This document shows positions 1 through 15,000 of a DNA stretch of 64,000 nucleotides, piece by piece. The position numbers were made by a program, and so were the translations under genes. Location of the stretch: NCBI GenBank assembly GCA_964016885.1, contig OZ024743.1:198338001-198402000 (forward strand). Reading direction: 5' to 3'. Origin of the DNA: Eledone cirrhosa. Lineage: Eukaryota. The notes under the pieces are model-generated. The model ran no database searches. It saw nothing but the letters and a program-made list of their open reading frames with translations, and was not told the DNA's origin. Each line of letters opens with the position of its first letter. Position 1 is the first letter of the stretch.

Positions 1-3000
1 CTGTAAGTATGGATGTGTGAGGGTGATGTAATCGGTTTCTATAATTATGGATGTGAGTGGGTGATGTAATCGGTTTCTATAAGTATGGATGTGTGAGGGT
101 GATGTAATCGGTTTCTATAATTATGGATGTGAGAGTGTGATGTAAATGGTTTCTGTAAGTATGGATGTGAGAGGGTGATGTAATCGGTTTCTATAAATAT
201 GGATGTGTGTGTGATGTAATCGGTTTCTGTAAGTATGGATGTGAGAGGGCGATGTAATCAGTTTCTATAAGCACGGATGTGGGTGCGTGATGTAATCGGT
301 TTCTATAAGTATGGATGTGAGAGGGTGATGTAATCGGTTTCTGTAAGTATGGATGTGAGAGGGCGATGTAATCGGTTTCTATAAGTATGGATGTCAGTGG
401 GTCATGTAATCGGTTTCTGTTTGTATGGATGTGGGAGTGTGATGTAATCGGTTTCTGTAAATATGGATGTGGGTGGGTGATGTAATCGGTTTCTCTAATT
501 ATCGATGTGAGATGGTGATGTAATCTGGTTATGTAAGTATGGATGTGACAGGGGGATGTAATCGGTTTCTATATTTATGGATGTAAGTGGCTGATTTAAT
601 CGGTTTCTATAAGTATGGATGTGAGAGGGTGATGTAAACGGTTTCTCTATGTATGGATGTAATAGGGTGATGTAATCGGTTTCTGTAAGTATGGATATGA
701 GAAGGTGATGTAATCGGTTTCTGTAAGTATGGATGTGAGAGGGTGATGTAATCGGTTTCTCTGTGTATGGATGTAATAGGGTGATGTAATCGGTTTCTAT
801 AATTATGGATGTAGGTGGCTGATGTAATCGGTTTCTATAAGTATGGATGTGAGAGGGTGATGTAAACGGTTTCTCTAAGTATGGATGTGAGAGGGTGATG
901 TAATTTGTTTCTAATAGTATGGATGTGAGAGGGTGATGTACTCGGTTTCTATAAGTATGGATGTGAATGTGTGATGTTTTCGGTTTCTGTAAGAATGGAT
1001 GTCAGAGGGTGAGGTAATCGGTTTCTATAAGTATGGATGTGAATGTTTGATGTAATCGGTTTCTGTAAGAATGGATGTGAGAGCGTGATGTAATCGGTTT
1101 CTATATGTATGGATGTGAGTGTGTGATGTAATCGGTTTCTATAAGTATGGATGTGAGAGGGTGATGTAATCGGTTTCTGTAAGTATGGATGTGAGAGGGC
1201 GATGTAATCGGTTTCTCTAAGTATGGATGTGAGTGGGTGATGTAATCGGTTTCTATAAGTATAGATGTGAGTGGGTGATGTAACCGGTTTCTATAAGTAT
1301 GGATGTCTGTGGGTCATGTAATCGGTTTCTGTTTGTATGGATGTGGGAGTGTGATGTAATCGGTTTCTGTAAATATGGATGTGAGTGGGTGATGTAATCG
1401 GTTTCTCTAATTATCAATGTGAGATGGTGATGTAATCTGGTTATGTAAGTATGGATGTGACAGGGGGATGTAATCGGTTTCTATATTTATGGATGTAAGT
1501 GGCTGATTTAATCGGTTTCTATAAGTATGGATGTGAGAGGGTGATGTAAAAGGTTTCTCTATGTATGGATGTAATAGGGTGATGTAATCGGTTTCTGTAA
1601 GTATGGATGTGAGAGGGTGATGTAATCGGTTTCTCTGTGTATGGATGTAATAGGGTGATGTAATCGGTTTCTATAATTATGGATGTAGGTGGATGATGTA
1701 ATCGGTTTCTATAAGTATGGATGTGAGAGGGTGATGTAAACGGTTTCTCTAAGTATGGATGTGAGAGGGTGATGTAATTTGTTTATAAAAGTATGGATGT
1801 GAGTGGGTCATGTAATCGGTTTCTATAAGTATGGATGTGAGTGGCTGATGTGATCGGTTTCTGTAAGTAAGGATGTGCGAGGGTGATGTAATCGGTAACT
1901 ATAAGTACGGATGTGAGAGGGTGACGTAATCGGTTTCTATAAGTATGGATGTGAGTGGCTGATGTAATCGGTTTCTGTAAGTAAGGATGTGCGAGGATGA
2001 TGTAATCGGTTTCTCTAAGTATGGATGAGAGGGTGATGTAATCAGTTTCTATAAGTATGGATGTTAGTGGGTGATGTAATCGGTTTCTGTATGTATGCAT
2101 GTGAGAGAGTGATGTTATCGGTTTCTATAAGTATGGATGTGAGTGTGTGATGTAATCGGTTTCTATAAGTATGGATGTGAGAGGGTGATTTAATCGGTTT
2201 CTGTAAATATTGGATGTGAGAGGGTGATGTAATCAGTTTCTGTAAGTGTGGATGTGAATGGGTGATGTAATCAGTTTCTCTAAATATGAATGTGAGAGTG
2301 TGATGTAATTGGTTTCTGTAAGTATGGATGTGAGAGGGTTATGTAATCGGTTTCTCTAAGTATGGATGTGAGTGGGAGACGTAATCGCTTTCTCTATGTA
2401 TGGATGTGAATGGGTGATGTAATCGGTTTCTCTAAGTATGGATGTGAGAGGGTGATGTAATCGGTTTCTATAAGTATGGATGTGAGAGGGTGATGTAATC
2501 GATTTCTATAAATATGGATGTGAGAGGGTTATATAATCTGTTTCTATAAGTATGGATGTGAGTGGGTGATGTAATCGGTTTGTGTAAGTATTGATGTGAG
2601 TGGGTGATGTAAACTGTTTCTATAAGTATGGATGTGAATGTGTGATGTTTTCGGTTTCTGTAAGAATGGATGTCAGAGGGTGAGGTAATCGGTTTCTATA
2701 AGTATGGATGTGAATGTGTGATGTAATCGGTTTCTGTAAGAATGGATGTGAGAGCGTGATGTAATCGGTTTCTGTAAGTATGGATGTGCGAGGGTGATGT
2801 AGTCGGTTTCTATAAGTATGGATGTGAGAGTGTGATCTAATCGGTTCCTATAAGTATGGATGTGAGAGGGTTATGTAATCGGTTTCTCTAAGTATGGATG
2901 TGAGTGAGAGACGTAATCGGTTTCTCTATGTATGGATGTGTATGGGTGATGTAATCGGTTTCCCTAAGTATGGTTTTGAGAGCGCGATGTAATCAGTTTC

Positions 3001-6000
3001 TATAAGTATGGATGTGAGTGGGTGATGTAATCGGTTTCCGTAACAATGGAAGCGAGAGGGTGATGTAAACGATTTCTATAAGTATGGATGTGAGAGGGTG
3101 ATGTAATCGGTTTCTATAATTATGGATGTGAGTGGGGGATGTAATCGGTTTCTATAAGTATGGATGTGAGAGTGTGATGTAAATGGTTTCTGTAAGTATG
3201 GATGTGAGAGGGTGATGTAATCGGTTTCTATAAATATGGATGTGTGTGTGATGTAATCGGTTTCTGTAAGTATGGATGTGAGAGGGCGATGTAATCAGTT
3301 TCTATAAGTACGGATGTGGGTGCGTGATGTAATCGGTTTCTATAAGTATGGATGTGAGAGGGTGATGTAATCGGTTTCTGTAAGTATGGATGTGAGAGGG
3401 CGATGTAATCGGTTTCTATAAGTATGGATGTCAGTGGGTCATGTAATCGGTTTCTGTTTGTATGGATGTGGGAGTGTGATGTAATCGGTTTCTATAAGTA
3501 TGGATGTGAGTGGGTGATGTAATCGGTTTCCGTAACAATGGAAGCGAGAGGGTGATGTAAACGATTTCTATAAGTATGGATGTGAGAGGGTTATATAATC
3601 TGTTAATATAAGTATGGATGTGAGTGGGTGATGTAATCGGTTTCAGTAAGTATGGATGCGAGAGGTTGATGTAATCGGTTTCTGTAAATATGGATGTGTG
3701 CGTGTGTTGTAATCGGTTTCTATAAATATCGATGTGAGTGGGTGATATAATCGGTTTTCTGTAAGTATGGATGTGAGAGTGTTATGTAATCGATTTATGT
3801 AAATATGGATGTGGGTGGGTGATGTAATCGGTTTCTCTAATTATGGATGTGAGTGGGTGATGTAATCGCTTTCTATAAGTATTGCTGTGAATGGGTTATG
3901 TAATCGGTTTCTATAAGTATGGATGTGAGAGGGTGATGTAATCGGTTTCTGTAAGTATGGATGTGAGAGGGTGATGTAATCTGTTTCTAAAAGTATGGAT
4001 GTGAGTGGGTGATGTAATCAGTTTCTATAATTATGGATGTGAAATGGTGATGTAATCGGTTTCTGTAAGTATGGATGTGAGAGGGTGATGTAATCGGTTT
4101 CTATAATTATGGATGTGAGTGGGTGATGTAATCGGTTTCTGTAAGTATGGATGTGAGAGGGCGATGTAATCGGTTTCTATAATTATGGATGTGAGTGGGT
4201 GATGTAATCGGTTTCTATAAGTATGGATGTGAGAGTGTGATGTAAATGGTTTCTGTAAGTATGGATGTGAGAGGGTGATGTAATCGGTTTCTATAAATAT
4301 GGATGTGTGTGTGATGTAATCGGTTTCTGTAAGTATGGATGTGAGAGGGCGATGTAATCAGTTTCTATAAGTACGGATGTGGGTGCGTGATGTAATCGGT
4401 TTCTATAAGTATGGATGTGAGAGGGTGATGTAATCGGTTTCTGTAAGTATGGATGTGAGAGGGCGATGTAATCGGTTTCTATAAGTATGGATGTCAGTGG
4501 GTCATGTAATCGGTTTCTGTTTCTATGGATGTGGGAGTGTGATGTAATTGGTTTCTGTAAATATGGATGTGGGTGGGTGATGTAATCGGTTTCTCTAATT
4601 ATCGATGTGAGATGGTGATGTAATCTGGTTATGTAAGTATGGATGTGACAGGGGGATGTAATCGGTTTCTATAATTATGGATGTGAGTGGGTGATGTAAT
4701 CGGTTTCTGTAAGTATGGATGTGAAATGGTGATGTAATCGGTTTCTATGAGTATGGATGTGAGTGGCTGATGTAATCGGTTTCTGTAAGCAAGGATGTGC
4801 GCGGGTGATGTAATCGGTTACTGTAAGTATGGATGTGAGTGGGTGTTGTAATCGGTTTCTCTAAGTATGGATGTGAGCGGGTGATGTAATCGGTTTCTAT
4901 AAGTATGGATGTGAATGGGTGATGTAATCGGTTTCTATAAGTATGGATGTGAAAGGGTGATGTAATTGGTTTCTGTAAGTATGGATGTGAGAGTGTGATG
5001 TAATCGGTCTCTGTAAATATGGATGTGAAAGGGTGATGTAATCGGTTTCTATAAGTATGAATGTGTGTGTGTGATGTAATCGGTTTCTGTAAGTATGGAT
5101 GTGAGAGGGCGATGTAATCAGTTTCTATAAGTATGGATGTGGGTGCGTGATGTAATCGGTTTCTATATGTATGAATGTGAGTGTGTGATGTAATCGGTTT
5201 CTATAAGTATGGATGTGAGAGGGTGATGTAATCGGTTTCTGTAAGTATGGATGTGAGAGGGCGAAGTAATCGGCTTCTCGAAGTATGGATGTGAGAGGGT
5301 GATGCAATCGGTTTCTATAAGTATAGATGTGAGTGGGTGATGTAATTGATTTCTATAAGTATGGATGTCAGTGGGTCATGTAATCGGTTTCTGTTTGTAT
5401 GGATGTGGGAGTGTGATGTAATCGGCTTCTGTAAATATGGATGTGAGTGGGTGATGTAATCGGTTTCTGTAAGTATGGATGTAAGAGGGCGATGTAATCG
5501 GTTTCTCTAAGTATGGATGTGAGTGGGTGATGCAATCGGTTTCTATAAGTATAGATGTGAGTGGGTGATGTAATTGATTTCTATAAGTATGGATGTCAGT
5601 GGGTCATGTAATCTGTTTCTGTTTGTATGGATGTGGGAGTGTGATGTAATCGGTTTCTGTAAATATGGATGTGAGTGGGTGATGTAATCGGTTTCTCTAA
5701 TTATCGATGTGAGATGGTGATGTAATCTGGTTATGTAAGTATGGACGTGACAGGGGGATGTATTCGGTTTCTATATTTATGGATGTAAGTGGCTGATTTA
5801 ATCGGTTTCTATAAGTATGGATGTGAGAGGGTGATGTAAACGGTTTCTCTATGTATAGATGTAATAGGGTGATGTAATCAGTTTCTTTAAGTATGGATGT
5901 GAGAGGGTGATGTAATCGGTTTCTGTAAGTATGGATGTGAGAGGGTGATGTAATCGGTTTCTCTGTGTATGGATGTAATATGGTGATGTAATCGGTTTCT

Positions 6001-9000
6001 ATAATTATGGATGTAGGTGGCTGATGTAATCGGTTTCTATAAGTATGGATGTGAGAGGGTGATGTAAACGGTTTCTCTAAGTATGGATGTGAGAGGGTGA
6101 TGTAATTTGTTTCTAATAGTATGGATGTGAGTGGGTGATGTAATCGGTTTCTCTAATTATGGATGTGAAATGTTGATGTAATCGGTTTCTGTAAGTATGG
6201 ATGTGAGAGGGTGATGTAATCGGTTTCTATAATTATGGATGTGAGTGGGTGATGTAATCGGTTTCTATAGTATAGATGTGAGTGGCTGATTTAATCGGTT
6301 TCTGTAAGTAAGGATGTGCGAGGTTGATGTAATCGGTTACTATAAGTATGGATGTGAGAAGGTGACGTAATCGGTTTCTATAAGTATGGATGTGAGTGGC
6401 TGATGTAATCGGTTTCTGTAAGTAAGGATTTGCGAGGCTGATGTAATCGGTTTCTGTAAGTATGGATCTGAGAGGGAGATGTAATCGGTTTCTCTAAGTA
6501 TGGATGTGAGTGGGTGATGTAATCGGTTTCTGTATGTATGCATGTGAGAGAGTGATGTAATCGGGTTCTATAAGTATGGATGTGAGTGTGTGATGTAATC
6601 GGTTTCTATAAGTATGGATGTGAGAGGGCGATGTAATCGATTTCTATAAGTATGGATGTGAGTGGGTGATGTAATCGGTTTCTATAAGTATGGATGTGAG
6701 TGGGTGATGTAATCGGTTTCTGTATGTATGCATGTGAGAGAGTGATGTTATCGGGTTCTATAAGTATGGATGTGAGTGTGTGATGTAATCGGTTTCTATA
6801 AGTATGGATGTGAGAGGGCGATGTAATCGGTTTCTATAAGTATGGATGTGAGTGGGTGTTTTAATCGGTTTCACTAAGTATGGATGTGAGAGGGTGATGT
6901 TATCGGTTTCTGTAAGTATGGATGTGAGTGGGTGATGTAATCGGTTTCTATAAGTATGGATGTGAGCGGGGGAAGTAATAGGTTTCTATAAGTATGGATG
7001 TGAGAGGGTGATGTAATCGGTGTCTATAAGTATGGATGTGAGAGGGTGATGTAATCGGTGTCTATAAGTATGGATGTGAGAGGGTGATGACATCGGTTTC
7101 TATAAGTATGGATGTGAATCGGTGATGTAATCGGTTTCCGTAAGAATTGATGTGAGAGGGTGATGTAATCGATTTCTATAAGTATGGATGTGAGAGGGTT
7201 ATATAATCTGTTTCTATAAGTATGGATGTGAGTGGGTGATGTAATCGGTTTCTGTAAGTATTGGTGGCAGTGCGTGATGTAATCAGTTTCTATAAGTATG
7301 GATGTGAGAGGGTGATGTAATCGGTTTCTATAAGTATGGATGTGAATGTGTGATGTAATCGGTTTCTCTAAGAAAGGATGTGAGAGGGTGATGTAATCGG
7401 TTTCTGTAAATATTGGATGTGAGAGGGTGATGTAATCGGTTTCTGTAAATATTGGATGTGAGAGGGTGATGTAATCAGTTTCTGTAAGTGTGGATGTGAA
7501 TGGGTGATGTAATCAGTTTCTCTAAATATGAATGTGAGAGGGTGACGTAATCGGTTTCTGTAAGTATGGATTGCGAGAGTGTTATGTAATCGGTTTCTCT
7601 AAGTATGGATTTGAGTGGGAGACGTAACCGGTTTCTCTATGTATGGATGTGAATGGGTGATGTAATAGGTTTCTCTAAGTATGGATGTGAGAGGGCGATG
7701 TAATCGGTTTCTATAAGTATGGATGTCAGCGGGTGATGTAATCGGTTTCCGTAAGAATGGATGTGAGAGGGTGATGTAATCGATTTCTATAAATATGGAT
7801 GTGAGAGGGTTATATAATCTGTTCCTATAAGTATGGATGTGAGTGGGTGATGTAATCGGTTTCTGTAAGTATTGATGTGAGTGGGTGATGTTTTCGGTTT
7901 CTGTAAGAATGGATGTGAGAGGGTGATGTAATCGGTTTCTATAAGTATGGATGTGAATGTGTGATGTAATCGGTTTCTGTAAGAATGGATGTGAGAGGGT
8001 GATGTAATCGGTTTCTGTAAATATGGATGTGCGAGGGTGATGTAGTCAGTTTCTATAAGTATGAATGTGCGAGGGTGATTTAATCGTTTACTATAAGTAT
8101 GGATGTGAGAGGGTGATGTAATCGGTTTCTGTAAGTATGGATGTGAAAGGGTGATCTAATCGGTTACTATAAGTATGGATGTGAGTGGGTGATGTAATCG
8201 GTTTCTGTAAGTATGGAGTGTGAGTGGGTGATGTAATCAGTTTCTGTAAGTATGGATGTGAGTGGGTGATATAATCGGTTTCTGTAAGTATGGATTTGAG
8301 AGGGTTATGTAATCGATTTATGTAAATATGGATGTGAGAGGGTGATGTAATCGGTTTCTATAAGTATGGATGTGGGTGGGTGATGTAATCGGTTTCTCTA
8401 ATTATAGATGTGAGTGGGTGATGTAATCGCTTTCTATAAGTATTGATGGGAATGGGTTATGTAATCGGTTTCTATAAGTATGGATGGGAGTGGGTGCTGT
8501 AATCGGTTTCTGTAAGTATGGATGTGAGGGGTTGATGTAATCGGTTTCTATACTATGGATGTGAGTGGGTGATATAATCGGTTTCTATTAGTATGGATGT
8601 GAGAGGGGGATGTAATCGGTTTCTCTAAGTATGGATGTGAGAGGGCGATGTAATCGGTTTCTATAAGTATGGATGTGAGTGGGTGATGTAATCGGTTTCT
8701 CTAAGATATGGATGTGAGAGGGTGATGTAATCGGTTTCTGTAAGTATGGATGTGAGTGGGTGATGTAATCGGTTTCTATAAGTATGGATGTGAGAGTGTG
8801 ATGTAATCGGTTTCTGTAAGTATGGATGTGAGAGGGCGATAATCGGTTTCTATAAGTATGGATGTGAGTGGGTGATGTAATAGGTTTCTATAAGTATGGA
8901 TGTGAGTGGCTGATGTAATCGGTTTCTATAAGTATGGATGTGAGTGGGTGATGTAATCGGTTTCTGTTTGTATGGATGTGGGAGTGTGATGTAATCGGTT

Positions 9001-12000
9001 TCTGTAAATATGGATGTGAGAGGGTGATGTAAACGGTTTCTCTATGTATGGATGTAATGGGTTGATGTAATCGGTTTCTGTAAGTATGGATGTGAGAGGG
9101 TAATGTAATCGGTTTCTCTGTGTATGGATGTAATCGGTTTCTATAATTATGGATGTAGGTGGCTGATGTAATCGGTTTCTCTAAGTATGGATGTGAAATG
9201 GTGATGTAATCGGTTTCTGTAAGTATGGATGTGAGAGGGTAATGTAATCGGTTTCTATAATTATGGATGTGAGTGGGTGATGTAATCGGTTTCTAAGAGT
9301 ATGGATGTGAGTGGCTGATGTAATCGGTTTCTGTAAGTAAGGATGTGCGAGGGTGATGTAATCGGTTACTATAAGTATAGATCCGAGAGGGTGATGTAAT
9401 CGGTTTCTATAAGCATGTATGTGAGTGGCTGATGTAATCGGTTTCTGTAAGTAAGGATGTGCGAGGGTGACGTAACCGGTTTCTGTAAGTATGGATGTGA
9501 GTGGGTGATGTAATCGGTTTCTGTTTGTATGGATGTGGGAATGTGATGTAATCGGTTTCTGTAAGTATAGATGTGAGAGGGGGATGTAATCGGTTTATCT
9601 AAGTATGGATGTGAGAGGGCGATGTAATCGGTTTCTATAAGTATGGATGTGAGAGGGTGATGTAATCGGTTTCTGTAAGTATGGATGTGTGTGGATGATG
9701 TAATCGGTTTCTATAAGTATGGATGTGAGAGGGTGATGTAATCGGTTTCTGTAAGTATGGATGTGAGAGGGCGATGTAATCGGTTTCTATAAGAATGGAT
9801 GTGAGAGGGTGATGTAATTGGTTTCTATAAGTATGGATGTGAGTGGCTGATGTAATCGGTTTGTATAAGTATGGATGTGAGTGGGTGATGTAATCGGTTT
9901 CTGTAAGTATGGATGTGAGAGGTCGATGTAATCGGTTTCTATAAGTATGGATGTGAGTGGGTGATGTAATCGGTTTCTATAAGTATGGATGTGAGAGTGT
10001 GATGTAATCGGTTTCTGTAAGTATGGATGTGAGAGGGCGATAATCGGTTTCTATAAGTATGGATGTGAGTGGGTGATGTAATAGGTTTCTATAAGTATGG
10101 ATGTGAGTGGCTGATGTAATCGGTTTCTATAAGTATGGATGTGAGTGGGTGATGTAATCGGTTTCTGTTTGTATGGATGTGGGAGTGTGATGTAATCGGT
10201 TTCTGTAAATATGGATGTGAGAGGGTGATGTAAACGGTTTCTCTATGTATGGATGTAATGGGTTGATGTAATCGGTTTCTGTAAGTATGGATGTGAGAGG
10301 GTAATGTAATCGGTTTCTCTGTGTATGGATGTAATCGGTTTCTATAATTATGGATGTAGGTGGCTGATGTAATCGGTTTCTCTAAGTATGGATGTGAAAT
10401 GGTGATGTAATCGGTTTCTGTAAGTATGGATGTGAGAGGGTAATGTAATCGGTTTCTATAATTATGGATGTGAGTGGGTGATGTAATCGGTTTCTAAGAG
10501 TATGGATGTGAGTGGCTGATGTAATCGGTTTCTGTAAGTAAGGATGTGCGAGGGTGATGTAATCGGTTACTATAAGTATAGATCCGAGAGGGTGATGTAA
10601 TCGGTTTCTATAAGCATGTATGTGAGTGGCTGATGTAATCGGTTTCTGTAAGTAAGGATGTGCGAGGGTGACGTAACCGGTTTCTGTAAGTATGGATGTG
10701 AGTGGGTGATGTAATCGGTTTCTGTTTGTATGGATGTGGGAATGTGATGTAATCGGTTTCTGTAAGTATAGATGTGAGAGGGGGATGTAATCGGTTTGTC
10801 TAAGTATGGATGTGAGAGGGCGATGTAATCGGTTTCTATAAGTATGGATGTGAGAGGGTGATGTAATCGGTTTCTGTAAGTATGGATGTGTGTGGATGAT
10901 GTAATCGGTTTCTATAAGTATGGATGTGAGAGGGTGATGTAATCGGTTTCTGTAAGTATGGATGTGAGAGGGCGATGTAATCGGTTTCTATAAGAATGGA
11001 TGTGAGAGGGTGGTGTAATTGGTTTCTATAAGTATGGATGTGAGTGGCTGATGTAATCGGTTTGTATAAGTATGGATGTGAGTGGGTGATGTAATCGGTT
11101 TCTGTAAGTATGGATGTGAGAGGTCGATGTAATCGGTTTCTATAAGTATGGATGTGAGTGGGTGATGTAATCGGTTTCTATAAGTATGGATGTGAGTGGG
11201 TGATGTAATCGGTTTCTGTTTGTATGGATGTCGGAGTGTGATGTAATCGGTTTCTGTAAATATGGATGTGAGAGGGTGATGTAATCGGTTTCTCTAAGTA
11301 TGGATGTGCGAGGGTGATATAGTCGGTTTCTGTAAGTATGGATGTGAGAGTGTGCTCTAATCGATTACTATAAGTATGGATGTGCGAGGGTGATCTAATC
11401 GGTTACTATAAGTATGGATGTGAGTGGGTGATGTAATCGGTTTCTGTAATTATGGATGTGAGTGGGTGATGTAATCGGTTTCTATAAGTATGGATGTGCG
11501 AGGGTGATCTAATCGGTTACTATAAGTATGGATGTGAGAGGGTGATGTAATCGGTTTCTGTCAGCATGGATGTGAGAGGGTGATCTAATCGGTTTCTGTA
11601 AATATGGATGTGAGAGGGTGATGTAATCGGTTTCTCTAAGTATGGATGTGAGTGGGTGATGTAATCGGTTTCTCTAATTATGGATGTGAGATGGTAATGT
11701 AATCTGTTTATGTAAGTATGGATGTGACAGGGGGATGTAATCGGTTTCTATAATTATGTATGTAAGTGGCTGATGAAATCGGTTTCCATAAGTCTGGATG
11801 TGAGAGGGTTATGTAATCGGTTTCTGTAAGTATGGATATGAGAGGGTGATGTACTCGGTTTCTCTGTGTATGGATGTAATAGGGTGATGTAATCGGTTTC
11901 TATAATTATAGATGTAGGTGGCTGATGTTATGGGTTTCTCTAAGTATGGATGTGAGAGGGTGATGTAATCGATTTCAGTAAGTAAGGATGTGAGAGGGTG

Positions 12001-15000
12001 ATGTAATCGATTTCTGTAAGTATGGATGTGAGAGGGTGATGTAATTTGTTTATCTATGTATGGATGTAATAGGGTGATGTAATCGGTTTCTCTATGTATG
12101 GATGTAATAGGGTGATGTAATCGGTTTCTGTAAGTATGGATGTGAGAGGGTGATGTAATCGGTTTCTGTAAGTATGGATGTGAGAGGGCGATGTAATCGG
12201 TTTCTCTAAGTATGGATGTGAGTGGGTGATGTAATCGGTTTCTATAAGTATAGATGTGAGTGGGTGATGTAATCGGTTTCTATAAGTATGGATGTCTGTG
12301 GGTCAGGTAATCGGTTTCTGTTTGTATGGATGTGGGAGTGTGAGGTAATCGGTTTCTGTAAATATGGATGTGAGTGGGTGATGTAATCGGTTTCTCTAAT
12401 TATCGATGTGAGATGGTGATGTAATCTGGTTATGTAAGTATGGATGTGACAGGGGGATGTAATCGGTTTCTATAATTATGGATGTAGGTGGATGATGTAA
12501 TCGGTTTCTATAAGTATGGATGTGAGAGGGTGATGTAAACGGTTTCTCTAAGTATGGATGTGAGAGGGTGATGTAATTTGTTTCTAATAGTATGGATGTG
12601 AGTGGGTGATGTAATCGGTTTCTATAAGTATGGATGTGAGTGGCTGATGTGATCGGTTTCTGTAAGTAAGGATGTGCGAGGGTGATGTAATCGGTTACTA
12701 TAAGTATGGATGTTAGAGGGTGACGTAATCGGTTTCTATAAGTATGGATGTGAGTGGCTGATGTAATCGGTTTCTGTAAGTAAGGATGTGCGAGGATGAT
12801 GTAATCGGTTTCTGTAAGTATGGATATGAGAGGGGGATGTAATCGGTTTCTCTAAGTATGGATGAGAGGGTGATGTAATCAGTTTCTATAAGTATGGATG
12901 TTAGTGGGTGATCTAATCGGTTTCTGTATGTATGCATGTGAGAGAGTGATGTAATCGGTTTCTATAAGTATGGATGTGAGTGTGTGATGTAATCGGTTTC
13001 TATAAGTATGGATGTGAGAGGATTATGTAATCGGTTTCTGTAAATATTGGATGTGAGAGGGTGATGTAATCAGTTTCTGTAAGTGTGGATGTGAATGGGT
13101 GATGTAATCAGTTTCTCTAAATATGAATGTGAGAGTGTGATGTAATTGGTTTCTGTAAGTATGGATGTGAGAGGGTTATGTAATCGGTTTCTCTAAGTAT
13201 GGATGTGAGTGGGAGACGTAATCGGTTTCTCTATGTATGGATGTGAATGGGTGATGTAATCGGTTTCTCTAAGTATGGATGTGAGAGGGTGAAGTAATCG
13301 GTTTCTATAAGTATGGATGTGAGAGGGTGACGTAATCGATTTCTATAAGTATGGATGTCAGTGGGTGACGTAATCGGTTTCTATAAGTATGGATGTCAGT
13401 GGGTGACGTAATCGATTTCCGTAAGAATGGATGTGAGAGGGTGATGTAATCGATTTCTATAAATATGGATGTGAGGGGGTTATATAATCTGTTTCTATAA
13501 GTATGGATGTGAGTGGGTGATGTAATCGGTTTGTGTAAGTATTGATGTGAGTGGGTGATGTAATCTGTTTCTATAAGTATGGATGTGAGAGGGTGATGTA
13601 ATCGGTTTCTATAAGTATGGATGTGAATGTGTGATGTTTTCGGTTTCTGTAAGAATGGATGTCAGAGGGTGATGTAATCGGTTTCTATAAGTATGGATGT
13701 GAATGTGTGATGTAATCGGTTTCTGTAAGAATGGATGTGAGAGCGTGATGTAATCGGTTTCTGTAAGTATGGATGTGCGAGGGTGATGTAATCGGTTTCT
13801 ATAAGTATGGATGTGAGAGTGTGATCTAATCGGTTACTATAAGTATCGATGTGAGAGGGTTATGTAATCGGTTTCTCTAAGTATGGATGTGAGTGAGAGA
13901 CGTAATCTGTTTCTCTATGTATGGATGTGTATGGGTGATGTAATCGGTTTCCCTAAGTATGGTTTTGAGAGTGCGATGTAATCAGTTTCTATAAGTATGG
14001 ATGTGAGTGTGTGATGTAATCGGTTTCCGTAACAATGGATGCGAGAGGGTGATGTAAACGATTTCTATAACTATGGATGTGAGAGGTTTATATAATCTGT
14101 TAATATAAGTATGGATGTGAGTGGGTGATGTAATCGGTTTCTGTAAGTATGGATGCGAGAGGTTGATGTAATCGGTTTCTGTAAATATGGATGTGTGCGT
14201 GTATTGTAATCGGTTTCTATAAGTATTGCTGTGGATGGGTTATGTAATCGGTTTCTATAAATATGGATGTGAGAGGGTGATGTAATCGGTTTCTGTAAGT
14301 ATGGATGTGAAAGGGTGATGTACTCTGTTTCTAAAAGTATGGATGTGAGTGGGTGATGTAATCGGTTTCTATAATTATGGATGTGAAATGGTGATGTAAT
14401 CGGTTTCTATGAGTATGGATGTGAGTGGCTGATGTAATCGGTTTCTGTAAGCAAGGATGTGCGCGGGTGATGTAATCGGTTTCTGAAATTATGGATGTGA
14501 GAGGGTGATGTAATCGGTTTCTCTAAGTATGGATGTGAGAGGGTGATGTAATCAGTTTCTATAAGTATGGATGTGAGTGGGTGTTGTAATCGGTTTCTCT
14601 AAGTATGGATGTGAGCGGGTGATGTAATCGGTTTCTATAAGTATGGATGTGAGTGGGTGATGTAATCGGTTTCTATAAGTATGGATGTGAAAGGGTGATG
14701 TAATTGGTTTCTGTCAGTGTGGATGTGAGAGGGTGATGTAATCGGTCTCTGTAAATATGGATGTGAAAGAGTGATGTAATCGGTTTCTGTAAGTATGGAT
14801 GTGAGAGGGCGATGTAATCGGTTTCTCGAAGTATGGATGTGAGAGGGTGATGCAATCGGTTTCTGTAAGTATGGATGTGAGAGGGTAATGTAATCGGTTT
14901 CTCTGTGTATGGATGTAATCGGTTTCTATAATTATGGATGTAGGTCGCTGATGTAATCGGTTTCTCTAAGTATGGATGTAAAATGGCAATGTAATCGGTT

